A stretch of 64,000 nucleotides of DNA, from NCBI GenBank assembly GCA_965655095.1, contig OZ296651.1, positions 27,280,001-27,344,000 of the forward strand, in the 5' to 3' direction. A program made the position numbers and the translations under genes. This document shows, piece by piece, positions 1-10,987 of this stretch; position 1 is the first letter of the stretch, and each line of letters starts with the position of its first letter. The notes under the pieces were generated by a model, which saw only the letters and a list, made by a program, of their open reading frames with translations, did not search any database and was not told the origin of the DNA. Origin of the DNA: Haplodiscus bocki. Its lineage: Eukaryota.

Positions 1-189
1 ATTTCAGGCCAGGATGATCTTTTGGCTGCCAAACATGTTCTGAGAACGTTATCAAGAGCAGTCGAAGAGTGAGTTGGGCTGGTGGTTGGTGAACTAATCT
101 TTTAAGATAGGCTGTAGCAAACCGAACGGAGCAGAGAGCCGAGAAGATTCTTCAAACCTGGCCGAGGGCTCTCGTGTAAAGTAATGCTC

Positions 190-340
190 GATTCTGATTG
201 GCTGACAACTCGCTTGACGTAATACTCAAATCTGATTGGCTAGCCAAATGAAGGCATTTTTTGATCTCGATTTTAATTGGCTGCCAACAATTTAAGTTTT
301 GGGCACGAACTGAGCGTGTTTGGCAATGTATAAGGACAAG
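190..340 (+). promoter_or_regulatory. Cluster of three inverted CCAAT boxes followed by a TATA-like box (possible LTR U3 or Pol II promoter)
   Basis: ATTGGCT at 197, 235 and 276 (about 40-bp spacing), then TATAAG at 329. Confidence 0.3.
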
Positions 341-1053
341 GAGTGGGCTGAAAGAGCATTTTCGGCACTGTGAGACTTTTTCGAAAATAATTTTCGTTTT
401 TTTTAGGCCTGCCCGCGCGTATAAAAATCACGGCGCAAACTAATTATGACGCCTGTGTATAGTGTTTGGACTTAATTTTAGGTGAAAAGAAAGCTCGGTA
501 TTGTATTAAGGTAGGCTTTACTTCGGTAATGTTTTAAGATTGGGTCTAGTTGAGCAATATATTATTTTTCGGTTATGTATAGTTCGATATTGGGAGGTCA
601 ATCCCGAGAATATGTTAGTCTTTTAGCTTGTCAATCCCGGGTTCAACACATGGTTTCTCGCAGGGTAATGTGAAGATTTGGAAATCAGGTTTCAGTAATG
701 AAAATTGGTTCAGAATATGACGCTAGCGGAATAAGAGTTTAACAGAAAAATCTAAAACAAACGTACCGTTTTTGGCAACTTGACTGTAGGAATGCGAAAA
801 AACACTAGCGAAAAGTTTATAGCAAGTGTTGCCCAGTACAATATACACAATGTGGAAAGGCCTGACATAAAAAGAAAAACTAACCTTAAGGGGAAAAACC
901 GCACGAGCTGTCAATCACTTTCTATCACCATACTCCTTTGATTTAATGCTACGTTGAAACCTTGATTTTAAAATTAAAAAAGCTAATTAAAGAAAACAAA
1001 TAATAACAAAAACATTGTATACCTTGCACCTTTACATTAGAAAGATTGAAATA

Positions 1054-1440
1054 TTACATGTAACTAGTTATAAATGAAAGTACAATAACGTCGTGAACTC
1101 CGGTAACTTCTTCTTGTCGAAATTTGAAGAGACGAAAAACTGCATATATCGCGTAGAAACCGCAAACACTCCGATGTGATTGTAGTGGTACTGGGATCAT
1201 TTGCGTGTACTGTTGTTTGAGGAAAAAGTACTTTTGGGCCGCCGAGGGTCTGCGAAAAGCAATTGGTGAGGAGAGTTTGCAATGATTAACCATTGCTCAC
1301 CCTGCATTTTGCTTGGTTGCGTGTTTATAATGGTGAAATTCCCATTGGGAGGAAATGGAACATAGTCAGAGGGTAATGAACAATAACAGTGATACTTGGG
1401 TAGCGGTATACGGTTGATCATTTGCTGGAGAGAAACATTA
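1054..1440 (-). pseudogene. Adenain-like maturation cysteine protease (Polinton PRO)
   Basis: IINTQPSKMQGEQWLII (decayed N..G.HW motif) and LQSHRSVCGFYAIY (Q....CG.Y catalytic Cys motif) split over frames. Confidence 0.8.
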
Positions 1441-1472
1441 AGCTTCAGTATATTTTTGCATCAACACCAAAC

Positions 1473-2790
1473 TTAACAACTGCAACCAAAGACATTCGTT
1501 CCCCGATACAATGGTTCAGTAAGGTGTTTTAGAGGACAAGTAAATTTTAGCTCCAGCCTCAGTTGTTCTCCAACTAGTTCTGGGTAATGCCAACTTTCAG
1601 TGGCATCTTGCATTGAAATCAAATGGAACACTAGTACAAAGCAGTCTTTGTATTTATCAATTGGAAAGGAGGGGATTTTGACAGGAAAAATTATTGCTTT
1701 CATCGTCGTAACGTATAAGCAAAATATATCGGGCAGCACCAAAGACTACAATTGGCTGACCACTTCTGAGTAATTTAATTTGTCTGAGATCAATTTGCTG
1801 ATACCAGAATGGATTCTCAGTGGACGATCCAGTGAATGCAGAGTTTGTACTCATTGCAATAGCAATCCGACGAACTGGAGCATTATTGAAATGTTTTCTT
1901 GGTTGAACTGGTTTTGTCTGGCAGGAACGATAAAGGTCTTTCCTAGGTTCTGCAAATAGACGAACTCGGCGGGAAATTATACAAGCATGTCCTTTCGTTT
2001 CCTGTGATAATCATCTCTGAGAGCATTGCGACGGATGTAAAGTGAACAATGAACAAATCCATGACTAACGTTGGGGTTGTCGCTAATCATGTAAAAAACA
2101 GGTCTGGCTCTGATAAGTCGTAGCCTAATGTTTAAATTTGAATAGAGCAATCCACAACTGGAGAAAAAGTCAACTCCCAATTTACCACACAGCACGAAGC
2201 CCTCGGGTCTGCCAAGCTTTTTCTTTCTCGTTGTGATAATTGTCAGGCAAAAGCGCTTCCATAAGTTCATCAAGAAATTGATCGCAGTCGTACCCCTCGC
2301 ATTGCGAAACTTTTTTCTATTCAGAGATGTCCCCCTTGAATTTGTTGGAAATGTAAGACTTGTGGGTATAGAGTCCATTTCAGTTCTAAATTTGCTGATT
2401 GTTGATGTCCACCTTAACATTGAAAGAAATTGAGTGCAAGTTTTTCGTTTTTCTTTACATGAGTAACGGGAGGAACTGAAGCTTCCTGCTCCTATTCCAC
2501 TGTTTTTTCATCCGCCTTTGCATCTTTTTTGTGCTCCTTTTTTACTTCGTTGGTATTGTAAGGTTCAAAACCACGACCCTTGACGAAGTTCAATTTCAGA
2601 GCCAAGTACGTGTGTCTCAAATCAACGTAAGAGTTCCGACCCGTTTGAAATTCAAACTCTATGCAGTCTTCATCGAGTGAGGTAGTAGGATGTATTTTTC
2701 GTTCGTGGGAAGCCAAGACACTGTCAACTACTGGGTTTTTCCCGCCTAGATTCCCAAAAACTGCCTCAAAAGTTTGGCACATAGAAGTTT
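1473..2790 (-). pseudogene. Major capsid protein (double jelly-roll, hexon-like)
   Basis: Fragments PTTSLDEDCIEFEFQTGRNSYVDLRHTYLALKL, GKLGVDFF..LLYSNLNIRLRLIR, ENPFWYQQIDLRQI, LVFHL..LRLELKFTCPL follow the Polinton/adintovirus MCP motif order; multiple frameshifts. Confidence 0.8.
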
Positions 2791-2821
2791 TTTTACATGA
2801 TTAGTGAGAAAGCTTTTGAAA

Positions 2822-3190
2822 CTATCTCATCGCGACCGTCTGGTTTTGTGGTGCAGATCTTTTTGGAATGACTCCGCTTGCCTGCTGAAAGCCTATGCCT
2901 CCCTTTTTCTTCTGGCTACAGCTGCCAGACGGTTTTGACAGAGTTTGTCTTCCTACATTCTTTGCAGCTGTCTTGAGATTTTTTTCTACAACTGACAACG
3001 TCTGAAATTTTTGCTGTATCAAAATCCAAAAAATCGGCACCCAAGTGTTTTCCAGCTGGGACGATTTAATTACGCAAAAACGGACTTGGGGTTCTCCTTT
3101 TAACTGCAGTTGCACCGAAACCCCGCTCACGTTGTCGACCAATACCTCTGTAGAAAAGAATCTCTACTTGACTTGAAGCAACAATCTTGT
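2822..3190 (-). pseudogene. Small basic virion core protein-like ORF (QRGxGxG family)
   Basis: Manual translation FYRGIGRQRERGFGA, then KNLKTAAKNVGRQTL; lies between the minor and major capsid genes. Confidence 0.5.
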
Positions 3191-3199
3191 AACGTCTTT

Positions 3200-3990
3200 T
3201 AGATTAGAAACGACTGTTGGAGGTTATTTGAACATCAAAATAAGTCGAGAGATACCGAGAGATACAACGCGTAATTTTTCACCGCGCGTGTCTCTCAAGT
3301 CAATGTGAAAAATTTGAAAAGATTTTTTGAGCAGCGTTCTGAATTGCAGGTTGCTGAATGTCTGATAGTTCATTTACTGTCCAGTAGTTATAATATCTCC
3401 AACCTTGAGCTTTGAAATGATAGGAAAGCAACGCAGCAATGGTGCTTTTGTGTTACCAACGAAATTGTACTCAATCAGGTCCGTGTATATCATGAGAGAG
3501 TGTATGCGGACAAGGTCGTAAGCAAGTTCGGGTTTGTGAGGTCCTCTCGCTCTCAACATTACTCCTAATTCATTACCGACATTACTTCGGAAATTATGTC
3601 CCACGTCCGCACTAAGGAATGCAAGACCAGATTCTTTATTTGCAAAGTGAATCTCAAATTTTCCGTTCTTTGAGACACTTAACGGTGACACAACTCTGGC
3701 TGTGATTGTGTCTTTCGTGAATGAGAGTGTTCATGGCTTCAACAATATCTGTAATGGAAGGGTAAAAACCGAGTTCCAGATAGTATAAATTTGATGAATT
3801 TGAAAGTCTTTTGTCAAAAAACATTTTTCCCCTCTGTGAAATTTGGATACACTGACGGAATGGTTTTTTTCCGAAACTCCAACCGCCCACTGACCTTCCA
3901 GAATCATTTGTTCCGGTAAAAAAGCTGAGTGCGTTGTGTGGAAAAAGTTGTGCAATTGCATTAGAAGCCAATTTTATTGTAAACGATACC
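3200..3990 (-). pseudogene. Minor capsid protein (penton-like)
   Basis: ASNAIAQLFPHNALSFFT, LEGQWAVGVSE and IYTDLIEYNFVGNTKAPLLRCFP match the recalled Polinton minor capsid pattern SN.s...yP.N....F / L.G.WeV.l.E / vY.Di.e...vGd...pLLR. Confidence 0.75.
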
Positions 3991-3994
3991 TCTG

Positions 3995-4895
3995 TTGAAT
4001 GACTATGATCAACTCTCTGTGATAAAATTTACCACGGATAGCTTCGTCCTATTTATCTTTCATTGTGTACCCTGGACGTTTTCTGGAACAAATTGCAACA
4101 ATTTTAAAAACATCCGGCCTAAATTGCGCTTTTTAACCTTTCCTGAAGGGTGAGTCATACTTCCAGATGCAAAATATGTCTCCAATCTTATACTTGGGTT
4201 GTCGATTTCTTCGTAGTGGCTTGCTGTAGAGGTTGGACAGAAAGCCGGAATTCTTGACATTTTTGGTATCAAGTTTATCGAGCAATTTTTTTGGGGATAT
4301 CACGGCTTTGACGAATTGAAACAATTTCTGAATATATTTGTTTTTGTAATCTTCCATGTATCGAGAAAGAAGTTTTTTCAGGGGTTGTTTTGTACGTTCA
4401 GCAATTGCAGCCTTAGTGTCATTCATTGTAGAGTAAATTTGTATTTGTTCATCTTTGCAGAGGTTTTGAGACTCTCCATCAAATTCTGTTCCCTTGTCGA
4501 CCCAAACTCTCTGGGGTCGAATCTTTTTTGTAATCATAGCCAAAAATGCACGCACAGTTTCCTTGGAATCTTTTCTTTTCACTTTTTTGTCTTCTACAGT
4601 TCTATCTAACAAGTCTTGATGAATTAGAAGACATTTTACACCAGTATTATCTGTGGCTAGTTTATCAATGTATGCCAAGTGCATACACCAAAATTCATTC
4701 TCGAAACAGAAAATGGCCCTCATTCTTTCGAATTTATGTTTGGCCCTCTTAAATTTTTTATCTGAAGGTCTTGAATCTAAAAAGTGTCTCTCCTCTGGTA
4801 TTGGTTGATTGCTAGCTTTCAATATCTTGCGCGCAGAACCATAAGCATCACCACCCCACGTGTGCACTCTTTGCAGCTTCTGACGTTCATTCATT
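3995..4895 (-). pseudogene. Retroviral-like (rve) integrase of Polinton type
   Basis: ENEFWCMHLAYIDKLATDNTGVKCLLIHQD, RPQRVWVDKGTEFDGE, TKAAIAERT, PKYKIGD..PFRKG; the first catalytic Asp appears as His. Confidence 0.88.
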
Positions 4896-5569
4896 GAAAG
4901 GGACCCAGCTTCCTCTCTCTCTGCGGCTTTGAAACTTTTATTCAGAACCAGAATTGAAGATTTACCAGCGGCGGCAAGTGAAGTAAGGTAAATGTCTGGA
5001 ACATCTGCGTTTTCATGACGCGGTTGTTGAGCAAAGTCTGACACTAAAACTCCAGTTTTCACACCATCCCAAATTAAAGTCGGCGATTCTCAGAGCTTCA
5101 TACGAGGACAAGACAAAATTTTGTCGACTAAATCTCTGCTTTGGCAAACAGCTTTTTGTTTGTTTCCTTATCAAGCGAATCAGTTTGGTACGTTTGATTT
5201 TGTTAAATTTGATACTTTGGAGGCTCCTGCTTTGTAGCTGTCTGAGTATTGAAACCATTGAGGTTGTACACAGAAGCAGGTACGCAAACAAACTGCTCCT
5301 CACAAGACAATTGGTTAATGACGGGAAGAGTAATGGCTTTATCAGTTCTAAGCTTTTATCGGATGCGAAAATGTCTCCATTTTGCCTCTGAGTGATTCTT
5401 TTGAGAGAAAAAGCAATCAAACTTCGTTTTGAAACATTGCCATGTATAAAATTTTTTTTTGCTCTGCGGGTTTCCTTTGAGAAGATATACAAGTCAATCG
5501 CAGAGAAAACTGACGAACTGTTTTGGGCAAGACTGAATAAAAGAATATTGAATTTGTGGGAAAATGATC

Positions 5570-6245
5570 GAAACACATAGAAAGTAAAGAGTTTCTGTGT
5601 GTTCCTCGTCCAAAAATTTTGATTGTTTCAGCAAGTCCGGGTTATAAAAGTTTAAAGGACTGGATTGGGTGTTTGTACAACAACGTAATCGATGTTCTGT
5701 TCGTGACCACGAGTCAATTAATAAAGGGCCTTAAGACACAGATGTTGCCTTTTGGTACCAGTCAACTGGCTCTGATCCCAACCCCAGTTGTGCACTGAGC
5801 GTGTTGATTTGCACCACGTCACGGGGTGATTTGAAGAGAACAATGTGCGTGTTTTGGAGCTCAACGTCTTGCCCTAGTTTGCTTTGATGAAACAGGCTGC
5901 GTTTATTGCAAAAGGTACTCAATCCAATATGTCTTCCAGCAGTGGCAATATCAACCAACGCTTTTGAAAGGCAGATCTCATCAAATGAATCGTCAAAAGT
6001 TACAGGTACTTTGTACCGTTGATTTTTAAGGAATCTATGAATTCAAATTCTACACTTTGAACAAACTCGAGATGTTGAATCTCTTTCTGCATAACATCGT
6101 AAAGTGGCTAGGAGTGATGATAAAAAATTTTGTCAAATTTTGGTTGAAATCTTCCATTTTCAAGCGAATTTTAAAAAAATTGTGACTTTGTCTCGGAGGA
6201 CCGACCTATGATATAACGACGCGATTTATTCTATTATAAAAATTA
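5570..6245 (-). pseudogene. A32/FtsK-like genome packaging ATPase
   Basis: Decayed Walker A near 6190-6210 (VGP..ET.KS), Walker B-like FDDSFDEI, then IATAGRHIGLS and ELQNTHIVLFKSPRDVVQINTLSAQL. Confidence 0.82.
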
Positions 6246-6618
6246 GCTAGTTCATAACCTTGGTGAGGGTAAAATGTAACCTGCTGCACTACACGGAAGT
6301 CCCACACAAACAGCTGAACTGTCATAAGTTTTTGAACGATGAATTTTCCAAAAGCAACCGAAGGTAATCAACAAGATCACAAAAAGTTTGGACAAAAAAA
6401 CTAACAGAGATCTGGAACCAGATTCTCCGAAAAATGACAACGATTTTCTCTTTCGGTTGTTGTCGTCAAGAACAATTTTTCCAAACTAAAAATTACTTTT
6501 CTGCAGAGTCTATTAGCTTATACGCTCAATTACTCAATAATTAATCTCGGGAAAAGATTGAATCATAATAAAAGATTTATTCTCGTAGATACTGACAAAA
6601 CTTTTCATGGAACATAAC

Positions 6619-7064
6619 TTACGTTTCTAAATGCTGCCTTGCTCAATTACCAATCAGTTTCACCTCGCAGTCTGCACAGTGAAGTGTGGTCTTTTGTTGG
6701 AAGGGGTAATTCCAGCAGATCCAATTTTCTTCATCTGCTTTAGGTTCAACAGGATCTTGAATTCTAAGTTCTCCAACACTTTATCCATTAAATTGCCAAC
6801 AATCTTGCCTTTTTCTGTTCTCTTCGCGAACTAAGGATCATTCAAATATCGCAGCAGAAAGTTGGGAAGCCCACTGTAACCCAAACAAAGACTCGTTTAA
6901 ACATTTCCTTGCAAATGTTTTGTACAGCAAATTGCTTTTATTATGGGATTGTACTTTTTCGAAAGTCAAAAAGAGTATCCCTGAACTTTCACATCAATGA
7001 AACCCCCCAACTCTTGAATAACATTCATGTCAGCTCAATGAATATCCAGTACAAGGCAAAACAT
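6619..7064 (-). pseudogene. Polinton accessory gene, possibly DEDD-exonuclease-like
   Basis: Manual translation MFCLVLDIH*ADMNVIQELGGFIDVKVQGYSF...CTKHLQG...FAKRTEKGKIVGNL...WICWNYPFQQKTTLHCAD with stops and a frameshift. Confidence 0.4.
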
Positions 7065-7508
7065 ACTGCTTCAAGAAATGCTAGAAATGGAAGTGGAAGG
7101 CAGAAAGAGCTTTACGTAAATGCGAAAGAGTAGTCCAGTCACTTGAGCAAGCAAACATGAAGTTAGTCCTTGTGCAATCATGTAACAGTAGCTAAGCCCT
7201 TTACCACTATGAGCCCGCACTACTCCAGCAGCGTCATGTTGTATTGCGTGTAGTCTAAATACTTTGAAATGACGAAATTAAAACTTCCAGTACGAGTTCC
7301 CATAACCAATGGTTCCACCAATTTTAAATTTTTGGTCCACCTCACGTAAAGAAGTCTAGGATCCCAACAGAAACTTGCACTTAGAAATAGGTTTTTGCGA
7401 ACATCATTATGTTCGAATTACATTCTTTTCCCGGGTACAATCAAAAGAAGCTCATCTGAAAAAGAACATCCATTCTTGACAAAATTTTTTTGAATTATGA
7501 ACAGTTGT

Positions 7509-7841
7509 TTAATCCGGTAAAATGCACCGCTCGTGAAATAAGTTAATATAACTCAATAAATAAACTCGTTTTGCCAAGAGTGACTGGTTTTCTGTTAATT
7601 TCATTATCTCTGAGGAAAAATTTTTTCGGTAACGGTACACGACAATATTGAGGTTGTCTGTATCAGTCCTGAAGTTCACACATACTTTTCGTCTGCCATT
7701 ATACATTGTCCACTTTAGGTCGGAAGTTTTTTTGGAATCGACCTTTTCAAGGTCTGGTAATTGTTGCATTTCATTTACCATTAGTGTAAGTAATTTGGGA
7801 GAAGTTTTTGGAGTTGTAAGTACAAAATGATAATGTCGCAA
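7509..7841 (-). pseudogene. Unknown Polinton-associated small ORF
   Basis: 110-aa ORF co-oriented with the Polinton genes; no motif recognised. Confidence 0.25.
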
Positions 7842-8020
7842 TCTTGATTTTAGCTTGAGAAAGAGGTTCCTATTATTTCCAATGTTCGAACTCGTACTGA
7901 ACCGAATAAAGAGAAAAATGTTAAAGAGTAAATAGTTGGAAATACTTTTTATATTACCTTAAAAAAGAGTTGAAAAGTAATAACAATTTCATTTTGTAGT
8001 CATTTAGTTTTTGTAACCAT

Positions 8021-8242
8021 TTAGATATTTCGTTTGCGGCTTTCTATTTCAGCAGGTGGATGGTTTTTGTAAAGACCTTCTACAAAGGAGTAATGTTGTG
8101 ATTCTTTGAAGCACTTGAAGATTGTTTGTATTCCAGTTTCAACAGCTTCTGATTTTACGTCAGGATTATCTCTTGTTGGATCGTAGGTTGTCTTTCGTTG
8201 GGTAAAAGTATCTCCGTTGACTTGGAAGAACATGATTGTCAC
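8021..8242 (-). pseudogene. Unknown Polinton-associated small ORF remnant
   Basis: 73-aa protein-like ORF co-oriented with the Polinton genes; no motif recognised. Confidence 0.2.
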
Positions 8243-8782
8243 CTGATTATTGTGTTTCCCAACTGCTTGATTGTTTAAGTGTTTCCTTGGTCAGTTGTTG
8301 GGTTGAAATTCAGTTGTGTTGAGTTGCTTCTTCTGGCTAGTTGCGTACCGTTGAGTACATAGCACATCTGAGAACGGTGTTTCAATGAGAACCAAGTTTT
8401 AGACGTTTCATCAAGTAATTAATTGGTAACTTAAGACATTTACTGAAAATAAGTTTTAGGATAATTAATTTTTTAATCTATTTAGGCGATTTAAGTGTAA
8501 ACGGAATCGTGCAAAACTAATAAACGGAATCGCGCAACAATATTTCATCTTCCTTTCTCCCTTTCGTTCTTTCTTTCGTTCTGCTGTGCTTTGTCGCAGC
8601 AGTGCCTTCCGGGGAAAAATAGCAGAAATTTTCGGTTAGGGAATAGCTTAAGTTGAGAATGAAGTGATAAAATGATGGGATGAAGACAAAAGTTGAATGT
8701 AGAGGTCGGGTAAAAAGTGGGCTTTTTGGGGTTGTGTCGGGTTTCATTCCAATTGTTGTTCCATTCCAATTGCTGTTACAGG

Positions 8783-9307
8783 ATGGCAGATCCCCCATCA
8801 CCCCCTGAAGTCGTCGTGGAGGTGTTTGGGTGGGACGGGATTGACCCTCTCCCGGAGCTCCCACTCCTCCACTGCACGGCGGAAGATTCGTTCGGCGGCT
8901 CTATATATATCTTTGAGGAGCCCGCCATATTCCGGCTGGAAGGTTGGAGGGCCTTCATGAGGTTTCACCGGGGTGACGATGAAGCACCAACGCAAGAGGC
9001 CCCGGTGTTGGCAAGATTCAGGAGCTTCCTGGTCCGATATTACGGAGAGGACTGGGAAGCGATGATCTTGTACGAGTCCGGCGAGGTGCTAATCTTCGAG
9101 TTGCGAGCAATCCTCGCCGGGTGGCTCGGCCTCGTGGAGGAGCAGAGGGAGGTGTTCGCTCAGGCAATGAAAAATTGGCCCCAATTTGTCTTCCGGGCGC
9201 GGGTTAAATCCTTGGTGGAAGCGGGGGCTTCCTGTGCCTGGACTGAGCGACTCCTGCCGGTGGAGTTATCCTCCCCCGTCGGTTTAGTCGTCGTATGCCC
9301 ATACTAA
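8783..9307 (+). CDS. Intact GC-rich 174-aa ORF of unknown function, antisense to the adjacent gypsy fragment
   Basis: ATG at 8783 (MADPPSPPEVVVEVFGWDG...VVCPY*), uninterrupted, sharply higher GC than the flanks, preceded by acceptor-like ttgctgttacag. Confidence 0.55.
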   Translation: MADPPSPPEVVVEVFGWDGIDPLPELPLLHCTAEDSFGGSIYIFEEPAIFRLEGWRAFMRFHRGDDEAPTQEAPVLARFRSFLVRYYGEDWEAMILYESGEVLIFELRAILAGWLGLVEEQREVFAQAMKNWPQFVFRARVKSLVEAGASCAWTERLLPVELSSPVGLVVVCPY

Positions 9308-9899
9308 TTCTCTGCGTAGTTAGTGTTCAGTTGTATTGGGATTGCACAGTCCAAAGTTTTTGAGAGGATTACATTGTAAAATTTAAGACTCGTTGAAATG
9401 ACAGTCTGTTGCTTCGGGTAGAACGGTCAAATTTGCTGAGGAAGAATAAAGTGAAGATCGTGCAAAATGAATAAAGGTAAGATTTTCATCCATATTCGGA
9501 TCGAAATCTTCAAGAGAATGGTAGCACAAGAGCTCATAAAGGCATTCCATGGCCGGAGAATCAAAGGTAATTTGAACATTGCTTTTGCGCTTCAGATCCC
9601 GTTTAAATGTAGGTTTGAGTAGAGGTGTAAAACACACACGGACGATGTGTGTTGAATAACTCAAATACACTTTTGTTAACAGCACTGTGTCAAGTGTCAG
9701 GTTAGGCCAACAGTGGGTAACCGTCCAGTGACAGTTAGGGTAGAATTTATGACACTTGGGCACCTCGTTCTAAGTATAAATAGTGATAAGTAATGAAATT
9801 CTAGAGAGCGAGAATGTAAGCGAATACTGAGCAACAACGAATTGTTGTTTATCAGAGTTTATAGCCCTAGCGAGTGAGGGTACGTAGAACCGATTGAGA

Positions 9900-10987
9900 A
9901 TTAGAATCATGGGCTGAGGTCTGAAATATTTCGGTTCTCTCGCTTTGGACCTGCGTTTTTTCCGCGGAAATTGTTGAATCGGAGTGAGTGATCTAGTTGG
10001 AGCCGAAGTTGACGGCTGTTCAGTCTCCGTCTCCTGTGGATATTGTGGTAGTTGTTCAGGAGTAATGGGTAGGGTTGGCAAAAAAACATGATGCGAGCGA
10101 ACTCCCGAATCACTGCAAGTAATGCTATCACGTTTGTGTAAAGCGACTACCGGAGCCGTAGGTAATGGTCTGATTGGAAATGGAATGGGGTCTGCTGCGA
10201 GTGGTGCAGTAGAGCTGTTCAACTTCCCCATTCGTTGTTCCAAGAACCGTTCATAAAAATCATCAATTCGTAGGTCGTGTGGTATATATTCTTCAATCAT
10301 AGCTGGAAGTCATTCTTCTTTAGGATAATATTCAACCAAATACTTCCTATTCAAACGATATACTTCCTTTTTAACGGATGGGTCTTTGTGGTCTTGAATT
10401 TGGTAGGTAGTACTAGTGACTCGTTTGGTATCAGTGAAAGGACCCAATCGTCGTTGTTGTAGTTTTTGACTTTTTGATAGGTCTTGCCGGTGGTTTTCGT
10501 AAAGAACTTTCTGACCGACGTCTAGATGGTGTCCCAATTTAAATCTGTTTCCGTAGGCGTGGGAACGCGCTTTTTATTCTCGACAACGATCAAAAGTAGA
10601 AGAATAGATTCGTTTGAACTTTTTTTCTCAATCTAACAAAGCCTGAGAAAATTGTGGACGAAGTAATTTCTGAAAAAGCTCATTCTTCGTAGAGTTCTCG
10701 GCGTCGGTATGCGGAGGCAAGTCAGTACAAAATTCAGAACAACATAATTTATGTTTGTTACGATAAAGTCCCAGTTTGACAGACATGGGACTTTGTGATT
10801 TAGTACCAAAGACGATTTCGTAGGGTGTCTTTCCAGCAGTAATTTTAACACTAGTGTTGTGCGCGAAGGCAAATTTTTGTCCAAGAGGGGCCCAGTTAGT
10901 GCCAGCATCATTCAAAAAACTTCTCCAATAACGAGCAATATGCTGGTTTTGAGTTTTTACTTTTCCGTTTGTCCACGGTGAGTAGAA
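9900..10987 (-). pseudogene. pol: Gypsy integrase C-terminal half with GPY/F region
   Basis: YSPWTNGKVKTQN, FAFAHNTSV...GKTPYEIVFG, VGQKVL...KLQQRRLGPF..TKRVTSTTYQI, YYPKEE. Confidence 0.85.

Larger units (their letters stand above)
1054..8400 (-). mobile_element. Decayed Polinton/Maverick (adintovirus-like) element, partial
   Basis: Co-oriented, frameshifted remnants of cysteine protease, major capsid, core protein, minor capsid, rve integrase and packaging ATPase. No polB or TIR recognised; both ends approximate. Confidence 0.9.
8500..10987 (-). mobile_element. 3' fragment of a Ty3/gypsy LTR retrotransposon (family A)
   Basis: Integrase C-terminal half followed by a Pro/Thr-rich tail and small ORFs; cut at ~10987 by satellite; left end uncertain and no LTR identified. 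Confidence 0.75.

Noticed and set aside
4896-5062. N-terminal extension of the 309-aa integrase ORF
   Set aside because: Probably the tail of the upstream Polinton ORF read through after decay; integrase-like sequence starts near MNERQKL.
6250-8500. Protein-primed DNA polymerase B and terminal inverted repeat of the Polinton
   Set aside because: No polB motifs (DxxSLYP, YxDTDS) or AGTAGT-type terminus found by eye.
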